A DNA stretch of 45,520 nucleotides from Eubacteriales bacterium. GTDB taxonomy: Bacteria > Bacillota > Clostridia > Oscillospirales > CAG-272. The position numbers were made by a program, and so were the translations under genes. The number at the start of each line of letters is the position of its first letter. Within the stretch, counting starts at the first letter, position 1. The stretch is from the NCBI GenBank assembly GCA_045595425.1, contig JAZOAL010000166.1:1-45520 (forward strand), in the 5' to 3' direction. The notes under the pieces were generated by a model that saw nothing but the letters and a program-made list of their open reading frames with translations, was not told where the DNA came from and searched no databases. Below, piece after piece: positions 26,601 to 35,254 of the stretch.

Positions 26601-28964
26601 TGCGGTAAACTCTGCAAAGTTATTTGCTCCAAGGCTTGTGATACCATCTGTAATCTCAATTTCGGTAACCTCTTTACCTGCCCAAGGAGCATCTGCAGTG
26701 CTTGCATATGCCGGCATAGGACCTGCACCCTTGATGGTAAGCTTGCCTGCGTCATAGACCCAAAGACCAACGCCCTCAACATTTCCACAATCCTCGACAT
26801 TGCCAACATTAACATTCTCAAAGGTCGCGGGGCAAGAGGGGGCACTGAAGGTCATAGAACCATTCTCACCCGCAGGGCTCATAAAACCGCCGTCAAGAGT
26901 TATATTTTCTGTTTCAACGATTATTCCCTGTCCTGCCACAAAGAGAGGAGAAGGAATTACCGCATAGGGCTCTCTTGATGTAAGCACAAAGCTCTGTCCC
27001 ATTACGCCGTCAGCACCATAGAGAGCAAGGGAAGCTCCGCCGGTGGGCTTATTACCCCAGTTCATACAAGCGGAAAGGGTTATTGCGGCATTTTCACCGT
27101 CGATGGTGCCGTCATTACCGATTACCCAAACCTTGCCGGAGATATCGTTATGAAGAGCGTATATCTCAGCGAGTTTTTCATTGATATTGGTAAGACCGTC
27201 ACCCGTAAGGATGATACCGATAGCCTCTGCAGTGCTTGATGCAGCAAGTGCGGTGAAATCGATATCGGTATTCTTATCAACAATGTAGATATCAACAGAA
27301 GAATCACCGTTTGAAACCACAGCTTCGCCCGAAACCTTTGTCCAAGCCTGTGCGAAAGCGTCGGAAACAGTGCTGTCAACTTCACTCATGAAATTAACAA
27401 CGCGCTCTTTGGCACTTGTATCTGCTGTCTTTGTAAGGGTCTGTGTATAAACTACAGTTCCGCCTGTGCCGTGTGCCTTATTCTGATGGAAAGTGAGAGA
27501 TACGTTACAATTCATGAGATCATAAATGCTCACAACGGTTGAAGGAGGAACAAGCGTGTCGATAAGACCTGCATTGATGGTTACATTACAATCAGGATTT
27601 ATTCCTGCGGCAAAATTTGCGGTATCCATATAACGCAGACCTTCGCAGTAATCAGAGGTTCTCGGATGTATGGGCTTATAGCGGTCGGAATCCGCCGAGT
27701 TCACGCCCTGGTCGGCAAACCACGGTATACTTGCGTTTACCTCATTGACTTCGGGAACAAGGCCCGCAACAGCAAGTGCCTGGAAGCCGCCTTGGCTGCC
27801 GCCGTATGTTTTTAGATTAGTGCCGTCCCAAAGGCCTGCCCATGCAGATGTGTCAACACCGTTTACAGTGCTCGCAACACCTTCTTCGCCGAAATACATC
27901 TTAAGGAAGTTAGCAGCCTGAACATCACGCATGATCATATATTTAAAATATGTAGTATAAGGACTTACGTTCTCTGCCGTGTTTTTACCGTGATTGTTTG
28001 TATATCCGTATTTATCATAGAGATATCCGCCCTTGGAGCCCTTATAATAATCGCCAATATATGCACCGTTAGATACCCACTGGGATCCAAGATCCGCTTC
28101 GGCAACATTATGAGGAGCGGGAACGGAATGAGGAGAAACGCTGAGGGTTATCTTGTCAGCAGCGCAGATATTTGCCTGAGGCGCAATGTAATTTCCTGCT
28201 CCGCTGGCACTTATAAGGTCATATCCCTTATAGAGAAGCTGAAGACCGAGATTTGTCTTTCCCTGAGGAATCGTCAAATATGCTGAAACATGGTTTGTGC
28301 CGCACCAATTGCCGTTTATGCTGTCATAGTAGCTGTCCTTGGGACAATTGATCTCAATTTCATAGCAATCATAGGTTGTGCCGCTAAAGGGGTACTCACC
28401 GCAATAATAGATATACTGAAGGGTTGCCTCACCACCCTCAGCATCAAGCTGGGCAAGAGTTTCATCCCAAAATGCGTCAAAATCTCCATAGGTATCGTAT
28501 TCATTTGGCATACCATAGATCGGATGAATGTCTTCAACGCCCGCGCCGGCACCGCACTTATAAGCAGAGGGCACAGAAAGACCGCCCTTGTTTTTATCGC
28601 AGGCGCTTACAGTCATGAATACAAAGCCGGGACGGAGAAGTCCGCCGACAAGAGTAACTGTATAAACACCATCAACAGGCTCAACATATCCTGTAAGCGT
28701 TCTGCCATCGTCCATAACTGCGCTGTAATAGAGATAGGGAGCAGTGACAATCGAGCCTTTGTCTGACATGATCCGGAATTTGAAGACGATATCCTCGCCA
28801 ACCTCATAATCCAAAGGCTCATTGACCTAGATCTCACTGATCGTGGCGCTTTGAACCGTTGAAATATCCGGATAAGAGGATGCGCCGACAGTGAAAGTAA
28901 AGCCGCCTGCTATCATCAAAAGCGCAAGAAGCGCAGATAGCAGTCTGTTGAAATAGATTTTCAT
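23628..28964 (-). CDS. Giant secreted protein: signal peptide + CE7/AXE1-like alpha/beta esterase + four BspA-type LRR modules + uncharacterised C-terminal domain; in-frame TAG at codon 46 (28829-28827)
   Basis: ATG 28964 with AAAGGA RBS encodes MKIYFNRLLSALLALLMIAGGFTFTVGA (signal peptide), in frame with the 1728-aa ORF; esterase triad GGSQGG / GLIDTLVPP / NKAH; LRR_5 units such as IPESLTSIGNQAFYKCSALTSITLP; a single internal TAG. Confidence 0.8.
28742..28839 (-). other. mRNA stem-loop enclosing the in-frame amber codon
   Basis: mRNA CAGUGA[GAUCUAGGU]CAAU-GAGCCUUUG ...50 nt... CAAAGGCUC[G]AUUG-UCACUG: 6+4+9 Watson-Crick pairs, with UAG in the 9-nt bulge. Confidence 0.55.
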
Positions 28965-29087
28965 AATTCTTAATCCTTTCGTTTGTTAAAATTAAACCGT
29001 ACACTGAAATTATATATTATAAAGCCTTATTTGGCTATATATGCAGCGGACTGAAAAGCAAAGATGTCTTTTCCAGAAAACCAAAGA

Positions 29088-29121
29088 ATAAGCAGTCTTA
29101 TCTTTTTGCGAGACTGCCTAT
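29088..29121 (-). terminator. Terminator-like hairpin after the cohesin lipoprotein gene
   Basis: Minus strand ATAGGCAGTCT...AGACTGCTTAT then TCTTT. Confidence 0.55.
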
Positions 29122-29140
29122 CAATCATTCACAAACGCAA

Positions 29141-29779
29141 TTAACCAAGATTCACCTTGCAGTTTTCGAGTTCAAAAATGACATCTTCCAAATTTTCATT
29201 TGTATTATCGCCATCTTCACAAGCAAGCGTAAGCTCTGTTTCGCCACTTGCTCCATCGAGAATATCAAAGGTCAGAGAAAAGAGCAATCCGTCCTTCGTG
29301 AAATTCGAAGGGTTAAAATAAAAAGCATTCACAAATTCAAAATCCGAAAGTACCGCGTCTTCCTTGCTGATAGGAGAATATATATATTTGCAATCAACGA
29401 GCTCTGAATCGGTAATGGCAACGGGGCAAAGCTTTGTGTTATCAAAATCCACTCTAAGATGAAAGCCTGCAACGCCCGGATTGTCGCTCAAATTAACCTT
29501 GGCAACAAGCTGATCGCCGACCACTTCAGCCGTAAGAGTCAGCTTACCCTGCTTGGTGACACCGGAATTTTCGGAACCTCCGGTTATAGCGCCGGTCAAA
29601 GCCTCCGTATCTGATATTTTGCTTGTGTCCGAGCTATCTGCTGTATCGGTGAGTTCTACGGAATCGGTGCTTTTCCCATTGTCTGTGTCTTCATCCTTAT
29701 ATTTGGCTTCATTACAAGCGCAGAAGCAACCAATAACAAGAATCAGTGTTAAAAGCAATGCAAAAATTTTAAATTTCAT
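29141..29779 (-). CDS. Lipoprotein with C-terminal cohesin-like domain
   Basis: Lipoprotein signal ending FCA-C, S/T/D linker, cohesin-like beta-sandwich (V.VNL.DNPGVAGF.L.V.FD...L ... DG.LF.LTF.I ... T.L.L). Confidence 0.75.
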   Translation of the reverse strand: MKFKIFALLLTLILVIGCFCACNEAKYKDEDTDNGKSTDSVELTDTADSSDTSKISDTEALTGAITGGSENSGVTKQGKLTLTAEVVGDQLVAKVNLSDNPGVAGFHLRVDFDNTKLCPVAITDSELVDCKYIYSPISKEDAVLSDFEFVNAFYFNPSNFTKDGLLFSLTFDILDGASGETELTLACEDGDNTNENLEDVIFELENCKVNLG

Positions 29780-29880
29780 AGTTTTCTCCTTTTTATGAAA
29801 ATATTTTTCAACACTTTAAGCTTAACTGTTTTGTTGCTTTTCAACATAAACTCAAGCGTAAAGTTTTTTGCATATACTAT

Positions 29881-29909
29881 ATTATACATTATTTCAATAT
29901 TTTTTTCAA
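29881..29909 (-). promoter_or_regulatory. sigma-A promoter of the cohesin lipoprotein gene
   Basis: Minus strand TTGAAA-N17-TATAAT. Confidence 0.55.
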
Positions 29910-30045
29910 CTTTTTTTCAACGTCAAAACCGACAATTTTTATACATCTGATTTGTTAAAATCGCCAAGGCCCAAAGGCGAACTCCCTTTCGAAAGTTTTT
30001 CTTTGGCACTTTTCACCAAAAAGTAAAAGAAAATATTATAATCTA

Positions 30046-30074
30046 TTGACTTTTTTTGAGAAAAATGTTATAAT
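30046..30074 (+). promoter_or_regulatory. sigma-A promoter of the capD-like gene
   Basis: TTGACT-N17-TATAAT with TGn extension. Confidence 0.7.
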
Positions 30075-30130
30075 AACAAAATGATAAATGATACAATTGA
30101 GTTTTATATTTAGCAGAAAGGGATAATGTA

Positions 30131-32044
30131 ATGAAATTCAGCATCAAGCACCTGCTCTATATGCGATCACGACAAATTCTCTTGCTTCTGATCGATGTTT
30201 TTTGTTTCGCATCTTTAAACAGTGCGTACTATTTCCTCTCGTCCTATACAAGCGAATATGTTTACGGCACATCTTCGTATATTGCCTCTTCAGCAGTTCT
30301 CATGGCTTGTCTCTTCTTTTTCAGGTATAGCTTTGGAAATTATTCTAATATCTGGAGGTATGCAAATTCAAAGGCCTATCTTGACATGGTGATTTCAGAT
30401 GCCATTTCGGGGATTGCCGCTATTGTTACGGGTCTCATTTTCAGATGGGACAATACATTGCATACTGTTATCGTAACCGCGCTCTTCGCACTTATGACTC
30501 TTTCCTCCAGATTCTCTTACAGCATCGTTCATAAGCACAGTAATATACCAACCGGTAAAAAAATCAATGTTGCCATCATCGGTGCAGGTCAGATCGGCGC
30601 ATTACTCGCAGAAGAGCTTCTTTACAGCAAAAATTCGCACTATAATCCAATTGCATTTATAGATAAAGACCCTGCGAAGCGCGGCGGAAAGGTCAGCGGC
30701 ATCAAGGTCTATTATGAAGATGACAGAATTATTGATACGATCAAGACACTCCCCATTCAGGAGATTTTCATTGCACTGAACAGGCTTGACAGCGTCAGGG
30801 TTGAGGAAATATACAACAAATATGCACAGACAGGCTGTAAGATCAAGCTTTATGACACTCCTGTAAAGGATGTCGGAGAAGCCAACGGTCAGAGCAAACG
30901 CCGCACAATACGCGAGCTCCATATCGAAGACCTTCTTTTCAGAAAATCCCTTGTTATAAACAATGAAGAATCTCTTTCATATTACAGCGGCAAAACGATC
31001 CTTATAACAGGAGGAGGAGGCTCTATCGGCAGTGAGCTCTGCCGTCAGATAGCAAAATGCAATCCTAAAAAGCTCATCATTCTTGATATCTATGAAAACA
31101 ACGCATACGACATCCAACAGGAGCTTCTCCGCTATTATGAGGACAAACTTGATCTTGAGGTTGAGATCGCCTCGGTAAGAGACAGAGCCCGTCTTGACTG
31201 CATCTTTGATAAATACCGTCCCGAAATCGTTTTCCATGCGGCGGCGCACAAGCATGTTCCCCTTATGGAGCACAGCAATTGCGAAGCTGTTAAAAACAAT
31301 GTTCTCGGAACATATAACACTGCGGATATGGCGGAAAAATACGGTGCATCCAAATTTATACTTATCTCCACCGACAAAGCTGTCAACCCGACAAATATCA
31401 TGGGCGCATCCAAGAGAATGTGCGAAATGATAGTTCAGTGCAGAACCGACAGCAATACAAGCTTCGCGGCAGTACGTTTCGGAAATGTACTCGGCTCAAA
31501 CGGATCGGTAATCCCCCTCTTTAAAAAGCAGATCGAAAACGGCGGTCCGATCACCATCACAGATAAGCGCATTATACGCTATTTTATGACCATCCCGGAA
31601 GCCAGCCAGCTTGTTATGCAGGCAGGTGCAATGGCAAAGAAGGGCGAGATTTTCGTTCTTGATATGGGAAAGCTGGTCAGAATTTATGATCTTGCAGTAA
31701 ATATGATCAAGCTATCTGGGCTCACTCCGGAGGTTGACATCAAGATTGAGGAGATCGGTCTCCGTCCGGGAGAAAAGCTTTTTGAAGAGCTCCTGATAAA
31801 ATCCGAGACTATTTCAAAAACCGACAACAACATGATCTTTATTGAAAAAGATCAACCCCTGTCCCGCGCTGAGGTAGACGCAAAGATCGAAATACTCACA
31901 AATGCGGTGAAGACATCGGAGCATGAAATTGAATCAGGTGCGATAAAGATGGCTTTTAAAGCGACTGTTCCAACCTATTATGACCCCGAAGATGTCAATT
32001 GCAACGCCGAAAAATCCGAAGAAATGAAGATTCTTCTAAAATAA
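30131..32044 (+). CDS. Membrane-bound UDP-GlcNAc 4,6-dehydratase (CapD/PglF/WbpM family)
   Basis: Four N-terminal TM helices, IIGAG..G, EDLL.R, ITGGGGSIGSELCRQ, FHAAAHKHVP, ISTDKAVNP.N.MGASK, VRFGNVLGS.GSV, GLRPGEKL.EEL. Confidence 0.93.
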   Translation: MKFSIKHLLYMRSRQILLLLIDVFCFASLNSAYYFLSSYTSEYVYGTSSYIASSAVLMACLFFFRYSFGNYSNIWRYANSKAYLDMVISDAISGIAAIVTGLIFRWDNTLHTVIVTALFALMTLSSRFSYSIVHKHSNIPTGKKINVAIIGAGQIGALLAEELLYSKNSHYNPIAFIDKDPAKRGGKVSGIKVYYEDDRIIDTIKTLPIQEIFIALNRLDSVRVEEIYNKYAQTGCKIKLYDTPVKDVGEANGQSKRRTIRELHIEDLLFRKSLVINNEESLSYYSGKTILITGGGGSIGSELCRQIAKCNPKKLIILDIYENNAYDIQQELLRYYEDKLDLEVEIASVRDRARLDCIFDKYRPEIVFHAAAHKHVPLMEHSNCEAVKNNVLGTYNTADMAEKYGASKFILISTDKAVNPTNIMGASKRMCEMIVQCRTDSNTSFAAVRFGNVLGSNGSVIPLFKKQIENGGPITITDKRIIRYFMTIPEASQLVMQAGAMAKKGEIFVLDMGKLVRIYDLAVNMIKLSGLTPEVDIKIEEIGLRPGEKLFEELLIKSETISKTDNNMIFIEKDQPLSRAEVDAKIEILTNAVKTSEHEIESGAIKMAFKATVPTYYDPEDVNCNAEKSEEMKILLK

Positions 32045-32092
32045 AGCAAAAAACAGGATCGATTCTGATGAACCGATCCTGTTTTTCGCTTT
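32043..32092. terminator. Bidirectional intrinsic terminator
   Basis: AAAGCAAAAAACAGGATCG...CGATCCTGTTTTTCGCTTT between convergent genes. Confidence 0.85.
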
Positions 32093-32095
32093 ATA

Positions 32096-32821
32096 TCAAT
32101 CACAATTTTCGCAGTTGTGGAATACTTCCTGAACGTCGTCATTATCCTCAAGGTGCTCAAGGAGAAGATTCATCTTCTTGATATCGTCCTCATCCTCAAG
32201 GGTAACGTAATTTGAGGGAATCATGCTTTCCTCTGCGCTTTCGATAGCATAGCCGGCGTTTTCCAGTGCCTCGCGGACTGCACCGAGATCATCTGTTTCG
32301 GTATAGATCTCGAAAACCTCCTCCTCTGCAACAAAATCGGATGCGCCTGCTTCAAGAGCGGCTTCCATGAGCGCGTCCTCATCAACATCCTCGCGCATAA
32401 CGATGATAACGCCCTTTTCCTCAAACATATAGCTTACACAACCTGTTTGGCCAAGATTTCCGCCGAATTTATCGAAATAATGGCGAACCTCGGAAGCGGT
32501 TCTGTTTCTGTTATCGGTGGTGGTGTTTACGATCACGGCAACTCCCGCGGGTCCGTAGCCCTCATAGCGGAGCTCTTCATATTCAACGTCGGTCTGACCT
32601 GCCGCCTTCTTGATAGTTCTCTCAATATTATCATTGGGAACGTTATTTGCCTTCGCCTTTGCGATAAGATCGCGGAGCTTAGAGTTTGAAGAGGGGTCGG
32701 GACCGCCCGCCTTGATCGCGATTATCATTTCCTTACCGATCTTTGTAAATATCTTCGCCTTTTGAGCGTCGGTCTTTTCCTTTTTGTGCTTGATATTATT
32801 CCATTTACTATGTCCTGACAT
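32096..32821 (-). CDS. yebC: YebC/PmpR family protein
   Basis: MSGHSKWNNIKHKK, YEGYGPAG, TDNRNRT, LEDNDDVQEVFHN. Confidence 0.96.
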   Translation of the reverse strand: MSGHSKWNNIKHKKEKTDAQKAKIFTKIGKEMIIAIKAGGPDPSSNSKLRDLIAKAKANNVPNDNIERTIKKAAGQTDVEYEELRYEGYGPAGVAVIVNTTTDNRNRTASEVRHYFDKFGGNLGQTGCVSYMFEEKGVIIVMREDVDEDALMEAALEAGASDFVAEEEVFEIYTETDDLGAVREALENAGYAIESAEESMIPSNYVTLEDEDDIKKMNLLLEHLEDNDDVQEVFHNCENCD

Positions 32822-32833
32822 CTTTATTACCTC

Positions 32834-34540
32834 TTATATTTTTTCAGTTTTCTTAAGACAAATGAGACCAAAGGCATTGCCGAGAACGGTCTGCACCGCC
32901 TTTGTTATTCTGATTCTCGTGTTGCGTACCTCTTCATTCTCGGCTCCGAGAATCTGGCAGTTATGATAGAACTGATTGAAGGCTACTGCCACATCAAGGA
33001 TATATCTTGTGATTATCGAAGGCTCATATGCTTCGATAGCCTCGATAACCTTTTCTTCAAATTTTGAAAGAACAGACAAAAGCGAGCGCTCCTCCGGAGC
33101 GGTGATCTTGTCTTCGCCGTTCTTTACCTCACCCTTTGAAAGAATCGAGCAGGTTCTCGCATAGGTATACTGAACATAAGGTCCTGTATTGCCGTCAAAG
33201 CTCAGCGCGTCCTCCATGATGAAGTTTATATCGCGGATACGGTTGTTTGAGAGATAATAGAAGATTATCGCGCCGACACCAACGTCCTCGGCAACCTGCT
33301 TCTTATTTTCAAGGTTGGGATTCTTTTCGTCAATGATATCGGTAACCTTCTCGATAGCCTGTGCAAAAAGGTCGCGGAGAAGGATAACATTACCTGTTCT
33401 TGTAGCCAGCTTTGCTCCGTTGATGGAAACCGTGCCATAAGGAACGTGAACAAGCTGATCATGCCAATCATACCCCATCATTTCAACCACCTTGAACCAC
33501 TGCGCAAAGTGGAGGCTCTGTCCGGCCGATGTTACATAGATCGCCTTATCGAATTTATATTCGTTCTTTCTGTAAACAGCCGCCGCAATATCACGGGTAG
33601 GATAAAGAGTTGAGCCATCGCGCTTCAGAATAAGACAAGGGGGCATATTATATTCTTCAAGGTCAACGATGGATGCGCCGTCATCTATCTTCAAAAGCCC
33701 TTTGTCGCGAAGGATCTGAACCTGTGCGGGCATCTTGTCGGTATAGAAGCTCTCACCCTTATAGCTGTCAAATTCGATATCAAGGAGCTTATAGGTCTGC
33801 TTATATTCCGCGAGACTTACGTCAACAAACCAGCGCCAAAGAGCAAGATTTTCCTCGTCTCCGTGCTCAAGCTTTGTAAATTCTGCTCTTGCTTCATCCT
33901 CAAGAGCCTTATCGTTCTCTGCTTCATTATGGAATTTAACATATAGCTCAACAAGCTTATCAACTCCGCCCTGCTCAACCTCTTCACGGCTTCCCCATTT
34001 GCGGTAAGCAACTATCAGCTTACCAAACTGAGTTCCCCAGTCGCCGAGATAGTTGATACCAACGCAGTCATAGCCTGCAAATTCATGGAGCTTTTTCAGC
34101 GAATGACCGATCACGGTAGTACCCAGATGACCGATATGGAAGGGCTTTGCCACATTTGGAGAGGAATAGTCAAGAACAACCGTCTTTCCCTTTCCAAAAT
34201 CGGGTGCACCGTATTTTTCACCCTTTGCGAGAATGTCGGCAAGAACACCTTCGGAATAATGTTTGTCGCCTATATACATATTAAGATAGCCGTTTACTGC
34301 TTCTGCCTTCATAAGGCAATCGCAATCAATAGCCGCCGCCAAAGCTTCGGCAATCTGAACGGGAGAACGGCGGAGAGACTTGCTCAGCTTGAAGCAAGGC
34401 AGTGCCAGATCACCCATTGCGGCGTCGGGCGGATATTCCAGCATATCTGCAACAGCCGCCGCATCAAGCCCCGAATCGGCATTTATGGTCTGAATCCCCT
34501 CAAGGATCTTTTCCGAGAGTGCTTTTTTGAGTTTAAGCAT
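32834..34540 (-). CDS. argS: Arginine--tRNA ligase
   Basis: DYSSPNVAKPFHIGH (HIGH), NYLGDWGTQFG, DG..LY.TRDIAA, KLATR.G, G.TGPY.QYTYAR. Confidence 0.97.
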   Translation of the reverse strand: MLKLKKALSEKILEGIQTINADSGLDAAAVADMLEYPPDAAMGDLALPCFKLSKSLRRSPVQIAEALAAAIDCDCLMKAEAVNGYLNMYIGDKHYSEGVLADILAKGEKYGAPDFGKGKTVVLDYSSPNVAKPFHIGHLGTTVIGHSLKKLHEFAGYDCVGINYLGDWGTQFGKLIVAYRKWGSREEVEQGGVDKLVELYVKFHNEAENDKALEDEARAEFTKLEHGDEENLALWRWFVDVSLAEYKQTYKLLDIEFDSYKGESFYTDKMPAQVQILRDKGLLKIDDGASIVDLEEYNMPPCLILKRDGSTLYPTRDIAAAVYRKNEYKFDKAIYVTSAGQSLHFAQWFKVVEMMGYDWHDQLVHVPYGTVSINGAKLATRTGNVILLRDLFAQAIEKVTDIIDEKNPNLENKKQVAEDVGVGAIIFYYLSNNRIRDINFIMEDALSFDGNTGPYVQYTYARTCSILSKGEVKNGEDKITAPEERSLLSVLSKFEEKVIEAIEAYEPSIITRYILDVAVAFNQFYHNCQILGAENEEVRNTRIRITKAVQTVLGNAFGLICLKKTEKI

Positions 34541-34603
34541 ATTTTTCCTTTCATTACCGCTGTTTGCGGATTAAAATGTCAATCGATTTTCAAACAATTA
34601 TTT

Positions 34604-34632
34604 ATTATACTACTTTTAATTGGATATTTCAA
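34604..34632 (-). promoter_or_regulatory. sigma-A promoter of argS-yebC
   Basis: Minus strand TTGAAA-N17-TATAAT. Confidence 0.6.
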
Positions 34633-34724
34633 TAGATATTTAAAATTATTCGCAAATTATCTTCTTTTCGAAAATATCAGAAATATTGCCGCGATGAGAC
34701 ATGCTGCGGCAAGGGCAAAGATGA

Positions 34725-34751
34725 AAACGGGATTAAAATCATCACCCGTTT
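34725..34751 (-). terminator. Terminator-like hairpin after ybaK
   Basis: AAACGGG...CCCGTTT stem; a second hairpin TTGCCGC/GCGGCAA lies at 34686-34712. Confidence 0.45.
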
Positions 34752-34771
34752 GAACGCTATGAATAATATAA

Positions 34772-35254
34772 TCAGTCATTTTTCGTTACCTCGCATATCT
34801 TTGCATCGACAAATGGTATCAAATCAGAGGGAGAGAGCAGCAGCTGGGCCCCCTTCATACCGCCGCTGACGGTGATCAGCTCGAAATTCTCCGCGCTTTT
34901 GTCTATATAGGTGGGAAATTTCTTCTTCATCCCAACGGGCGAGCAAGCACCGCGGACATAGCCCGTAAGCCCCAGAAGATCCTTTACATGAACCATCTCG
35001 ATCTTCTTATTCCCCGTCACCGCCGCCGCTTTTTTCAGATCTATCTCACAGCAGGAAGGGATGCAGAATACCACATGACCTGTCTTATCTCCGTGAGCGA
35101 CAAGGGTCTTAAACACCATTTCCGGTGCAAGTCCTATCTGCTCCGCTATATGAGTTCCCGTCAGATCATTTTCATCGGGAACATACTCTTTTATCTCATA
35201 TTTTATTTTTGCCGCATCAAGGATACGCATCGCATTTGTTTTCGTTTTTATCAT
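34772..35254 (-). CDS. ybaK: Cys-tRNA(Pro) deacylase YbaK
   Basis: KTNAMRILD, VFKTLV, DLKK.A, LTGYVRG.CSPVGMKK, VS.G..G.Q. Confidence 0.93.
   Translation of the reverse strand: MIKTKTNAMRILDAAKIKYEIKEYVPDENDLTGTHIAEQIGLAPEMVFKTLVAHGDKTGHVVFCIPSCCEIDLKKAAAVTGNKKIEMVHVKDLLGLTGYVRGACSPVGMKKKFPTYIDKSAENFELITVSGGMKGAQLLLSPSDLIPFVDAKICEVTKND

Noticed and set aside
28812-28814. TTG start assigned to the 1728-aa ORF
   Set aside because: No clear RBS, buried in a stem, and an in-frame ATG with RBS and signal peptide lies 50 codons upstream.
28788-28832. T4 gene 60-like ribosomal hop from AUC (codon 45) to in-frame AUC (codon 59, in an apical loop)
   Set aside because: It would skip PLDYEVGE, which looks like genuine domain sequence, and matched Ile codons are expected by chance; kept only as a remote alternative.
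28965-29140. Riboswitch in the leader of the giant gene
   Set aside because: Only weak short stems; no match by eye to c-di-GMP or other known aptamer motifs.
29921-30030. Weak resemblance to the hairpins at 45490-45520 (GTCAAAA..ATCTGATTT) and 3436 (AAAGTTTTT)
   Set aside because: The similarity is too short and AT-rich to distinguish from chance.
34541-34770. T-box riboswitch upstream of argS
   Set aside because: The predicted promoter is about 60 nt from the start codon and no T-box consensus (GGTGGnACCGCG) is present.
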